Shown one piece after another: positions 7,429 through 15,700 of a stretch of DNA of 32,454 nucleotides. The stretch covers positions 1 through 32,454 of IMG/VR virus record IMGVR_UViG_3300027798_000142; one strand, written 5' to 3'. Both the position numbers and the translations under genes were made by a program. Numbering within the stretch: the stretch's first letter is position 1; each line of letters starts with the position of its first letter. The stretch is from a virus. Lineage: Duplodnaviria > Caudoviricetes. The notes beneath the pieces were generated by a model, which saw only the letters and a program-made list of their open reading frames with translations, was not told the DNA's origin and ran no database searches.

Positions 7429-9590
7429 ATTTGAACCCATCCGCTGCTTGCTTGGTCCAATGCAAAGCGCTGAAAGATGGCTGCGTTGACGGCCTTTCTC
7501 GCATAGCTTTGGTCGGCCATTGGCACTGCTTGGTAGATGTCAGCCCACTCCAGCTGGTGCATTGATTGCAGTTCTTTTGGAACACTTGGCCGCCCTGACC
7601 CTCTGCGCATGATGACAGCGCCTTTGGCATTGATGATGGACTGGACAAAGTTGCAGGCAGCGTCTGCGGCATCTTGGATTTGTTGCTGGCGCTTATCGTT
7701 CTGCCGGTCGTTGGCTGCCTGCCTTCGGTCATCTTCCGAGGACATGGCTGGAACGACCAGCAGCACCATTTGCTCTTGGATATCCCCATCTTCATCAAGG
7801 ACAGTGTCAGCAAAGACATCGGAGTTGAATTTAATTTCTCTGAAGTTGGGCTGGTATCGGGTCTTGACCAGTCGCATATAACGGGTCTTTGTCTCATCTT
7901 CAAACAGAATGCCGGTGAGGGTTGCATCGCCTGTAAATGCAGAAGCGCCACGGGCTGTGGCATCTGAGTCTGACTTGGAGATGGTCTTGTTGGTGTGGGT
8001 GATTATGCAGACTGGCGTGTCCAGTTGGATGTAAATGGTCTGCTTTAGGGCTGCAATAAAGCTACCTACTTCTGAGTTGTCATTCTCATTATCAATATCC
8101 ATTGTCGCGTTTGCAGTATCAAGCACCAATAATGGCCGGACATTATCTATTGTGTGATTTATTACATTATGTGCAAGCATCAATAAATCTTTAACATTAG
8201 ACCTTTTGGCATCGATGATGACAAACCAGTCTGATAATGAGGCAGCACTAATCCCATAATGCCGTGCATACCCTGTCAATGTTCTTTCGACTTGGTCCGA
8301 GTCTTCGGTGACTATGATTGTTTTGCGTTTCTTGGTGGCTGTGAGTTCGCAGTCTTTGGCCTGTAAGCCTGCCATGACCATGCACAGGCTGATGACCGCT
8401 GTGGTCTTGCCGATGCCAGGCTGACCGGCCAGCACCATGAAACTGTGTGCCCAGAAGCCTTTGACCATGTAGCGGATGGGTTTGATCTGGCCAATGGTCA
8501 ATGTGCGCTCTGGCCAGCCTTTGACTTCTGGTGCATCGGTGGCCACTGGCGCTTGGCCAATCACCGCTGCAAAGTCTTCTACCGCGCTTTTTCTTTCGGC
8601 CTGTTTGGTAGGTGGCTCATAGCCACAGTCTTTGGCGTGTTTAAACAGTGTGCCAATGCCAACACCTTTGCCCTGGTGAAAGCTCTTCCAGTGGGTCTCA
8701 ATGTCCTTGGTCCCTTGGAATTTGTTGCCGGCCATGGACCATGTCATCCATGGGCCGAGACCAGCCTCGCCAAACTCTGTATGCAGCGCTTGGCCCAGCT
8801 CAATCCACTGGTCGTAATCGCAGTCTGGGCTGATATGGTGCAAAGCCTTGACCGCACGATCAAGGTCGCTGTCATCCAGTCTTGAGCCTAATTGGGTGAA
8901 GTCAAATGATTGTGAGGGCGTGGCAGGCTTTGGCTCTTGCAGCTGGTGCTGCTCGATGATGCCCCACTCTTGGAGCAGGGCATAGAGGTCCACCGCCTCT
9001 TGAAATTCACCGACCACAGCGTTGCCACTGAGTAGGACTGACTTGCCGGCACTGTTTGGCAGGCCAAATACCTCAAGCTCTTGGCCGCCACCCAGTTTGT
9101 ACTTGGGCAGCACCAGGTCAGATTCTTTGGGTGGTTGGACCCATAGAAAGACATGACGGCCACGGCCTGAGACAGAAACCTCGGTCAGCATATTGTTGGC
9201 CTTGACATACTTGGCCATGCGCTGGATGGCCACATTGGTCGGGCCACTAGCGTGCTTCATGTCCACATCGAGGCAAACCAAATAGTTCCCTGATGCGCTG
9301 ATGATGGGGCGCTGCTGGACTAGGCCAAGATACTGGCCATGTGGGGCCTCTTCCATGGTCCAGACATCTTCAGCGTTATATAGATCAGTCGGGTCTGTAT
9401 CCCGTGCCACACCTTGGCCAGATCGCTTGTAGGGGATTTTCTTTGAGCCTTGCAGGGCAAAGGTGCAGAAGACGGCATCGGGGGCCACAGCGCCTATTTT
9501 GCAGGCGACAGACTGGGACTGCTGAAATGTCTCGTTTTGGGGTGTTTCAGTTATGATTGGCACTGAAATTCCTTTAGTTGGGGGTTTCAT
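7422..9590 (-). CDS. Primase-helicase: AEP prim-pol domain + PriCT-2 + RepA-like AAA_25 helicase
   Basis: CLDVD and EVSVSGRGRHVF (AEP motifs I/II); DYDQWIELGQALH...WKSF...GIGTLFKHAK (PriCT-2); GQPGIGKT Walker A; LLVLDT Walker B; IITHTNK...ARGASA. Confidence 0.9.
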   Translation of the reverse strand: MKPPTKGISVPIITETPQNETFQQSQSVACKIGAVAPDAVFCTFALQGSKKIPYKRSGQGVARDTDPTDLYNAEDVWTMEEAPHGQYLGLVQQRPIISASGNYLVCLDVDMKHASGPTNVAIQRMAKYVKANNMLTEVSVSGRGRHVFLWVQPPKESDLVLPKYKLGGGQELEVFGLPNSAGKSVLLSGNAVVGEFQEAVDLYALLQEWGIIEQHQLQEPKPATPSQSFDFTQLGSRLDDSDLDRAVKALHHISPDCDYDQWIELGQALHTEFGEAGLGPWMTWSMAGNKFQGTKDIETHWKSFHQGKGVGIGTLFKHAKDCGYEPPTKQAERKSAVEDFAAVIGQAPVATDAPEVKGWPERTLTIGQIKPIRYMVKGFWAHSFMVLAGQPGIGKTTAVISLCMVMAGLQAKDCELTATKKRKTIIVTEDSDQVERTLTGYARHYGISAASLSDWFVIIDAKRSNVKDLLMLAHNVINHTIDNVRPLLVLDTANATMDIDNENDNSEVGSFIAALKQTIYIQLDTPVCIITHTNKTISKSDSDATARGASAFTGDATLTGILFEDETKTRYMRLVKTRYQPNFREIKFNSDVFADTVLDEDGDIQEQMVLLVVPAMSSEDDRRQAANDRQNDKRQQQIQDAADAACNFVQSIINAKGAVIMRRGSGRPSVPKELQSMHQLEWADIYQAVPMADQSYARKAVNAAIFQRFALDQASSGWVQIK

Positions 9591-9619
9591 TTGTTAGTTG
9601 CCATGAGAGTTGACCTTTT

Positions 9620-9658
9620 GACCTGGTAGCGTTTACGCGCTATCAGGTCTTTTCTTTT
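9620..9658 (+). terminator. Rho-independent terminator oriented antisense to the replication operon
   Basis: GACCTGGTAGCG-TTTACG-CGCTATCAGGTC stem followed by TTTTCTTTT on the + strand. Confidence 0.55.
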
Positions 9659-9674
9659 GGCAAGGATGTGAATT

Positions 9675-10700
9675 CTATTCCTTCGCCTTTTCTTTGACTA
9701 GAGAAGATGCAGCCACCTTCTCACCGACTAGGTCTTCGGACACCTCGACACCGAGTTTTAAGACAGCACTGGGCGACTTCAGCTCCCATGCGCTCATGTT
9801 GTCTTTGAATGCTTCCATGACCAGTGCCTCGTCTTTCCAGAATTTTGTCTTGCGGCCTGCGCGCATGGTCCAGCCGGAAATGGCCGCACCATTGGTCAAT
9901 TGCTCTTTGGCGGCAGCCTGCACTGCATCGGCCCATGCGGCCACTAGAACTGCGTTGTCTAGCATCTCAGGGGTAACAGTGGTGTCAGGCTTGAAATCGT
10001 TCCTAGCGACCTCTTGGACCTTCTCACGCATACTGGGGCAAATGGTCTTGGCCTTGCAGTACCGGCAGGCGTCAACGCTTGGGTTGGTTGGTGCATCGCC
10101 TGAGAGCGCTAATTCCGCTGCCGACTGCAAGCGCCTGCCATGCAGCTCCAGACGTAGACCAGACACTGTCCACTTGCTGTGGCCAACACGGGGCTGGAAT
10201 ATGTGCATGGTGCATTCAATGGTGTTTGGCGCTTTGAATTGACGCATCGCACCAAGGGCATAGGTCAGCAGCTGCTTGTTCTCATTTGCGTCTACGGCCA
10301 CACGGCCTGTCTTCAAATCAATGACATGAAGATGATTGCCATCGACCAGGACTGCATCGGCTGTGCCACCAAGCGCTGGGTGCAGAGACTTCAGACCCTC
10401 ATCGAGATTGACCTCGATTAGCTTTTTTCGGGGATTCTCGACCAAGTTGTTGACAAAGTCGGCATAGCTTTGGGCCATGGCCACATGGTCTGGGTCAGTA
10501 CCAGCTGGGACTTCTTTGCCAGACAGAATGATCTCTGACAGCTCATGGATGGCAGTGCCAATGGCAGCGGCTTCGCCTGCTGGCTCATACGGCATGAGGG
10601 ATTCGAGGCGGACAGAGCCTGGGCAATCCATAACTCTTTGAATTCTGGATGCTGACAACTGGGCGTGCGCTCTGGCTTTATGTTCAATTTTTAAGTTCAT
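9675..10700 (-). CDS. DUF2800 / Cas4-like PD-(D/E)XK exonuclease
   Basis: HAQLSAS...CPGS, AAIGTAIHE, GGTADAV, VIDLKTG, QLLTYALG, CRYCKAKTICP; probable start ATG 10700. Confidence 0.88.
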   Translation of the reverse strand: MNLKIEHKARAHAQLSASRIQRVMDCPGSVRLESLMPYEPAGEAAAIGTAIHELSEIILSGKEVPAGTDPDHVAMAQSYADFVNNLVENPRKKLIEVNLDEGLKSLHPALGGTADAVLVDGNHLHVIDLKTGRVAVDANENKQLLTYALGAMRQFKAPNTIECTMHIFQPRVGHSKWTVSGLRLELHGRRLQSAAELALSGDAPTNPSVDACRYCKAKTICPSMREKVQEVARNDFKPDTTVTPEMLDNAVLVAAWADAVQAAAKEQLTNGAAISGWTMRAGRKTKFWKDEALVMEAFKDNMSAWELKSPSAVLKLGVEVSEDLVGEKVAASSLVKEKAKE

Positions 10701-10701
10701 T

Positions 10702-11568
10702 TCATTCTCCACAAAAACAGGGTATTAATTCTTCATTAGGGTCAAACATATCTTTTTGCTGGCTAGAGTATTTCGCCATAGTTTCATATGTCGGGTGATC
10801 TCTAGAAAAATGGATGACACTTTTAGCAAAGTTCTCTTTTGCGTAAGTTTCCATTTCTATCCACCAAGTTGCTCTTTCGGGTTTTTCTTGGATTAGAGAA
10901 ACCAACTGGGCCACTGGCTTATGAAAGCAAAGATCGCAATTGGAGTGAAAGCTCTTGCCGTTGTACATAGGCGTATTTAAGTTAAATGCTTGTGATTCCC
11001 AGAAATCACCAATATGAGCTGACACCACGCTAGCGTCAGCCAGTGGTGTAAGAAAATCACCAATCCAATATTTCTTGTGCCCTGCTCCATTTGAGCCTTT
11101 CATTTTTGCCACTCGTCTTGGCTCATCTGAACGAATTCCAACCATCTGGTCACATGGGTTGGCATCAGTACCAACTTGCATATCTTTTATGTACTTGTGA
11201 ACAATATCTATTTTTAGTTCTTTAGTACAAAACCGCATAAAACCATTTGGCAGGGCTTTCTTTTTAATGCACATATCTCGGAAAGGCTCTCCATTTCTTG
11301 CAGCCGTTTCGTAGGAAACCACTTCATAACCAAGTTTGTTATCTCTCCATTCAAGCCAAGTGATTGGCACATTCCAGTGTTCTGAGCAATCTTGGATAAA
11401 CCTCAGAGTTGCCTCATCTTCCTTGCCAGTATTGGCAAAACAGACAATTGCTTCTGGTGGCAGGCTCATCTGGTGAGCCTCTAACACCTTGTAGAGCATA
11501 AATGCACTGGTGCGACCACCAGAGAAACTGATGCAAGTGGGGCTGTCAATTCGATAGGGGTTTGACAC
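10702..11568 (-). CDS. PAPS-reductase-family / lambda NinC-like PP-loop protein
   Basis: SFSGGRTS PP-loop, FANTGKE, RFCTKELK, GIRSDEPRR, NCDLCF, C-terminal CFC; AGGAGA RBS with GTG start. Confidence 0.82.
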   Translation of the reverse strand: MSNPYRIDSPTCISFSGGRTSAFMLYKVLEAHQMSLPPEAIVCFANTGKEDEATLRFIQDCSEHWNVPITWLEWRDNKLGYEVVSYETAARNGEPFRDMCIKKKALPNGFMRFCTKELKIDIVHKYIKDMQVGTDANPCDQMVGIRSDEPRRVAKMKGSNGAGHKKYWIGDFLTPLADASVVSAHIGDFWESQAFNLNTPMYNGKSFHSNCDLCFHKPVAQLVSLIQEKPERATWWIEMETYAKENFAKSVIHFSRDHPTYETMAKYSSQQKDMFDPNEELIPCFCGE

Positions 11569-11580
11569 GTTTTCTCCTGG

Positions 11581-12141
11581 TTAAATTGCTTTTTCGATTA
11601 AATATCCACGGCATCGGCCACCGCGACTGCACGCGTTTTGGACTGCGTTGGTAGTCACATCCAAATGCCTTGCGGCATCGGCCATGCTTCTGAACCAAGC
11701 CACAGTCTCATTTTTTGTGTTTTTGAGAAACACTGGGGCAGCTGGCTTGCTGAAGCATTTGATTTCATAAAGCGCGTGATGTGTGTTTTGAACGGCAGAA
11801 ACCCATTCCAAGTTATCGGGCCGGTTGTCTGTCTTGATGTTGTTCTTATGGTTAACAGTCAAAGAATGATCGCCAGGAATAAAAGCCATGGCCACCAACC
11901 GATGGACCACCATCTTTTTGCCATGACTTAATTCGACTTGGTAATACCCATCTTTTGTAAGCCATGGCTTTAAAAGCCTGCTCTTATATAAAACCGGTCC
12001 GACACTGCCCCATTTGTTTTTCTTGATCACAGTTCTTGCAACACTTCTGACCTTGCCAATTTGGCTTACTTGATACCCTTCATGGCCTGGTATTGGTTGC
12101 CAAATATCCATGACACCTTCAAATTCTTTCCATATATCCAT
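11581..12141 (-). CDS. NUMOD4-HNH homing endonuclease
   Basis: IWQPIPGHEGYQVSQIGKVRS (NUMOD4); VHRLVAMAF...VNHKNNIKTDNRPDNLEW (HNH); FRSMADAARHL (NUMOD1-like HTH). Confidence 0.9.
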   Translation of the reverse strand: MDIWKEFEGVMDIWQPIPGHEGYQVSQIGKVRSVARTVIKKNKWGSVGPVLYKSRLLKPWLTKDGYYQVELSHGKKMVVHRLVAMAFIPGDHSLTVNHKNNIKTDNRPDNLEWVSAVQNTHHALYEIKCFSKPAAPVFLKNTKNETVAWFRSMADAARHLDVTTNAVQNACSRGGRCRGYLIEKAI

Positions 12142-12148
12142 GATTGCC

Positions 12149-13378
12149 TCAAATGATTTGTGAAATGATTTTCTGCTTGGCGATCACTTTGCCAAGAATG
12201 GTGTGGTCCAGTGATGCGCGCACTGTCAGCAAATAGATCAATGGCTTTATGCCGTTTTTGTTGATGTTTTCGACTCGGCTGCTGGCCTGCTCCAAGGCAC
12301 TGGTCTGCCAAGTTGGCTCAACAAAAACAATCGTGTCAGCAGTTGACAGATCGATGCCTTCGCCACATGAGCTGATGTTGCCAATGAAGCACTTGGTCCG
12401 GCCAGACTGGAATGCGTCAATGTTCTTTTGGCGCTGGGCCTTGGGCGTGTCACCCACCACCATGACCGGCTTGTGTTCTTTCAACCCCTCAGTCAGCATG
12501 GCCACCACTTCTTTGTGGTGCGCGAAAACCACCACCGGCTCTTCAGACTTGAGCAAGTCATCGATGAATTCAATGGCCAGTGGGGCTTTGCGAATGCCAG
12601 CCTCACGCATGATCTCTGACAGACCCTCAAATGCCAGCAAGGCATTGGGATTGGCAATCAATGCGTCAGCGTCAAATGATTGCTCGCGCTTGTCCACCGC
12701 CAAGTCAAAGGTAATCAGGCTCACTTGTGGCTCCTTGTAGTCCATGAAGATGTCTTCTTTTTTGCGTCTGAGCATATGGGGCTTGACCAGGGCTTTAAGC
12801 TCTGGGATGTTGGAAGCACCAGACACATCAAGGCCGCCCCATGGTGGACTCCATGCTTTTGCGTATCGATAAACAAAGTCAAACCAACCTCCCCTATAAA
12901 TCCCTAGTCCATGAAGTATAGGCCATAATTCAGCCGGTCTGTTTGGCACGATAGTCCCGCTGAGTGCAAAGACGTAGTCAATCTTCTTCATTGCCAGCAT
13001 GGCCGCCTTGGTGCGTTTTGCTTTCGGGTTGGCCAGACGATGCGCTTCATCCAAAACTAGAGTGCTATATCTGTCCACTTGCGTAACACCATATTGCAAG
13101 ACATCGTAGTTGATGATGGTGATATCTGCACTGTTTACCTCTGAAGCCTCACGTTTCCCATTGACCACATGGACCGAGACGTTGGGGGCCAGCCGAGCAA
13201 AGGCAGACTCCCAGACTGTCTTGGCAATGGCAGGGCAAACGATCAGGGCTGGTAGGTTTTCAAGTGCAGCAGCTGCTGTGGGTAGCGTCTTGCCAACACG
13301 GGGCTGGTCGGCCAGTATGGCCCTGCGCCTAGACAGCAAGAAGAGCTTGGCCTCTTGCTGATGGGGGAATAACTGCAT
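12149..13378 (-). CDS. SNF2-family (SF2) DNA helicase
   Basis: LFPHQ, ADQPRVGKT, LIVCPA, VLDEAH, LSGT, VVVFAHH, GEGIDL, QASSRV. Confidence 0.92.
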   Translation of the reverse strand: MQLFPHQQEAKLFLLSRRRAILADQPRVGKTLPTAAAALENLPALIVCPAIAKTVWESAFARLAPNVSVHVVNGKREASEVNSADITIINYDVLQYGVTQVDRYSTLVLDEAHRLANPKAKRTKAAMLAMKKIDYVFALSGTIVPNRPAELWPILHGLGIYRGGWFDFVYRYAKAWSPPWGGLDVSGASNIPELKALVKPHMLRRKKEDIFMDYKEPQVSLITFDLAVDKREQSFDADALIANPNALLAFEGLSEIMREAGIRKAPLAIEFIDDLLKSEEPVVVFAHHKEVVAMLTEGLKEHKPVMVVGDTPKAQRQKNIDAFQSGRTKCFIGNISSCGEGIDLSTADTIVFVEPTWQTSALEQASSRVENINKNGIKPLIYLLTVRASLDHTILGKVIAKQKIISQII

Positions 13379-13401
13379 GATCGTTTCCTCGTTTTAAGTT
13401 G

Positions 13402-13435
13402 TTGCGATCATATCTGCATTTGTGCTAAAGTGCAA
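13402..13435. promoter_or_regulatory. Overlapping divergent sigma70-type promoters
   Basis: Rightward TTGCGA(13402)-18 nt-TAAAGT(13426) with extended -10 TG; leftward TTGCAC(13435-13430)-17 nt-TATGAT(13412-13407). Confidence 0.55.
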
Positions 13436-13488
13436 TTTCTGTTTAACGACAGAAACGTAAAAACCTAAACCCTTAAAAGGAAAAAACC

Positions 13489-14055
13489 ATGACCAGAGTC
13501 GTAACCGGCAAAGTTCGTTTCTCATACTTCTCAGCATTGACTGCTCGCAAGAATGAGATGAACGGCAAAGAAGAGTTCTCAACGCAAGTGCTTGTCCCAA
13601 AGACAGACCTTGACACTGTGAACCAATTGAAAGCGGCAGCCAAGGCCGCATTGACCGCCAAATTCGGGGACAAAATCCCAAAGACAGTGCGCAATCCCTT
13701 GCGTGATGGCGATACAGAAGTCAAATCCGATGGATCACCACTGGGTCCAGAGTATGCAGGGCATTACTTCTTTAACACCAAGTCAACCAACAAGCCTGGT
13801 GCAGTGGATGCCCATGGCCATGACATTCTTGGATCACAAGATATTGTCTCTGGCGACTATGGCCGCGTGTCTTTGAATGCCTATGCTTATGACCAGGCAG
13901 GCAACAAGGGCGTGTCGTATGGTTTAAACAACATCATGCTTTTGTCTAAGGGTGACTCGCTGGGTGGTGCAAAGCCATCGGCTGCCAGTGACTTTGGCGT
14001 GGTGGCCAGCAAGGCCGCGCCAGCTGCTGCACCTTCAATCGACAACGACTGGTGA
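13489..14055 (+). CDS. DUF2815 single-stranded DNA-binding protein (T7 gp2.5-like)
   Basis: TGKVRFSY, NPLRDGD, SGDYGRVSL.AYAY..GNKGVSYGLNNI..GD.LGG; acidic/aromatic tail DNDW; AAGGA RBS. Confidence 0.9.
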   Translation: MTRVVTGKVRFSYFSALTARKNEMNGKEEFSTQVLVPKTDLDTVNQLKAAAKAALTAKFGDKIPKTVRNPLRDGDTEVKSDGSPLGPEYAGHYFFNTKSTNKPGAVDAHGHDILGSQDIVSGDYGRVSLNAYAYDQAGNKGVSYGLNNIMLLSKGDSLGGAKPSAASDFGVVASKAAPAAAPSIDNDW

Positions 14056-14235
14056 TTTGTCGATCAGCTTCTCAAGCGCCAAGTGCAATTGATTGACTGA
14101 TGTCCACAATGGCTCCACAGTTCCAGACAGCCACCGGCTGACCTGGGACTGTTGGATGCCAGCCTCATCGCACACCGCAGACATGGTTATCTTGTGAGCC
14201 TTGGCCCTTGCCCTGATAGTGTGAATTGATTCCAT
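14035..14235 (-). CDS. Cro/XRE-family HTH regulator
   Basis: TMSAVCDEAGIQQSQVSRWLSGTVEP HTH pattern; 66 aa. Confidence 0.82.
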   Translation of the reverse strand: MESIHTIRARAKAHKITMSAVCDEAGIQQSQVSRWLSGTVEPLWTSVNQLHLALEKLIDKSPVVVD

Positions 14236-14351
14236 GGCCGCATTCTAATTGCGCTATATGCAAAAAAACAACATGGACAGAATTACTTCTTGCAAGATAA
14301 TTTATTTCTGTCATAGTTCGTAACACCTATTCACTTAAACGAAAGAAACCG

Positions 14352-14447
14352 ATGAAACCGCAAACCGAAACCCTTCTTGATTATTTGACCGCCTTGGCCA
14401 TTGGCGTTGGCATGGCTGCTTTACTTGTGGCATGGTGGTCAGCGTGA
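14352..14447 (+). CDS. Small single-TM peptide (31 aa, not in ORF track)
   Basis: MKPQTETLLDYLTALAIGVGMAALLVAWWSA; stop overlaps the next GTG (GTGA). Confidence 0.55.
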   Translation: MKPQTETLLDYLTALAIGVGMAALLVAWWSA

Positions 14448-14725
14448 AATACAATCCAACCCCATTTTGTCCCGTGGACCTCTTGCTGTTTGTCTGCTGC
14501 ATTGAAGACGTTGAACTGGTTTGCTTCTTGGAATACAGCCCAGAAGAGAAAGGTTCCACCGATTCATTTGGCGCACCTTATGAGCCAAATATTGAAGAGT
14601 GCATGACCCTCAACAATGCATACATCGCTGGCACTGATGTGGACATTGCCCACTTGCTTTTGCAGTCCATGGTGGACCACATTGAAGTGACTGCTTTGGC
14701 TAATTTTAAGGATGGTGATGAATGA
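14444..14725 (+). CDS. Acidic hypothetical protein
   Basis: GTG start coupled to the upstream peptide; its TGA overlaps the beta-frame ATG (14722). Confidence 0.65.
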   Translation: MKYNPTPFCPVDLLLFVCCIEDVELVCFLEYSPEEKGSTDSFGAPYEPNIEECMTLNNAYIAGTDVDIAHLLLQSMVDHIEVTALANFKDGDE

Positions 14726-15520
14726 GCTGGCTCTTTTCGCAGGCGCTGGTGGGGGAATACTCGGAGGCAAGCTCCTTGGATGGAGAACAGTCTGCGCAGT
14801 CGAATGGGAGCCATACCCAGCAAGCGTATTGTGCGCCAGACAAAATGACGGCATTCTCGCGCCTTTCCCGATTTGGGATGACGTTCAAACCTTTGACGGC
14901 CACCCATGGCGAGGCATTGTTGATGTCGTATCTGGCGGCTTTCCGTGCCAAGACATCTCAACCGCAGGGGGGGGGGGGGGGGGAGGGAATTACAGGGGCA
15001 AGAAGCTCAATGTGGAAACACATGGCGCGGATCATTCACGAAATACGACCCAAGTTTGTATTTGTGGAAAACTCACCAAATCTCACTTCTAGGGGACTTG
15101 GAGTTGTTCTTGGAGACCTGGCCACAATGGGGTTTGATGCGAAATGGGGAGTGCTGGGAGCAGCAGACGTTGGCGCACCACACCAAAGGGACAGAATCTG
15201 GATTTTCGCAAATAACATTTCCGACACCAACTGCGAGTCATATGCCCAGCGAGGGATCGATCATGCAGTATCGGAAACTGGTGGACATGGGAGTGTTGAC
15301 AAAAATGGAGGCGGAGAAAATGTTGGAGGCATCATTGAACCCACCAAGAATGAAACCTTGGAAACCGAAATTAGAGCAACCATTGGAAACAAAGACTGGT
15401 GGATATATGAATCCGGCTTTCCAAGAGTGGTTGATGGGGTGGCCGCTCGAGTGGACAGATTTAAGGCAATCGGGAACGGCCAAGTGCCTCTCTGTGCAGC
15501 CACTGCCTGGAGAATCTTAA
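14722..15520 (+). pseudogene. Overlapping-frame methyltransferase beta chain (TRD-like region and motif IX), broken by the same G17 tract
   Basis: MSWLFSQAL...AKTSQPQ is open up to the tract. After it the next frame is open to 15520 and contains FPTPTAS and MNPAFQEWLMGWPLEWTD (motif IX-like). Confidence 0.72.
14967..14983 (+). repeat. Homopolymeric G17 tract
   Basis: accgca-G17-agggaatt; an in-frame gene needs 3n+1 G (10, 13, 16). Confidence 0.9.
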
Positions 15521-15700
15521 GTGAACAATGAACTACCACCGGCCCTTGAGGCTTGTCTTGACCTTGTCAATGACCTACTTCATCCAGAGGTTTATGGTCA
15601 CGCCATTCCCTCTGAGGTCAAAACCCGTGCATTCGTTGTCAAAACAATGCTGGAGCGCTTGAAAGCCCGAATGGAGACCAGCACATGGCCAGAGGCTTGA
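15521..15700 (+). CDS. Hypothetical protein (59 aa, not in ORF track)
   Basis: GTG directly after the beta-chain TAA: MNNELPPALEACLDLVNDLLHPEVYGHAIPSEVKTRAFVVKTMLERLKARMETSTWPEA. Confidence 0.55.
   Translation: MNNELPPALEACLDLVNDLLHPEVYGHAIPSEVKTRAFVVKTMLERLKARMETSTWPEA

Larger units (their letters stand above)
14718..15531 (+). pseudogene. C5 DNA cytosine methyltransferase alpha chain, frameshifted at a G17 tract (possibly phase-OFF)
   Basis: Motif I LFAGAGG and motif IV GGFPCQDIS lie before the tract. Motif VI FVENSP, motif VIII PHQRDRIW and motif X RFKAIGNGQVP lie after it, in the +1 frame. Confidence 0.88.

Noticed and set aside
9694-10242. Long antisense ORFs (also 12249-12740, 29923-30477, 8445-8885)
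   Set aside because: Shadow ORFs opposite well-supported genes, with no motifs or RBS.
9675-10700. Cas4-like nuclease as evidence of a CRISPR-Cas system
   Set aside because: No cas1/cas2 or array; DUF2800 is a standard phage replication/recombination exonuclease.
10702-11568. cysH auxiliary metabolic gene for sulfate assimilation
   Set aside because: It lacks the C-terminal ECGLH catalytic motif and resembles phage NinC-like proteins.
14722-15531. The 269-aa ORF as a single genuine protein
   Set aside because: It is a chimera created by the G17 frameshift: beta N-terminus joined to alpha C-terminus, lacking motifs I and IV.
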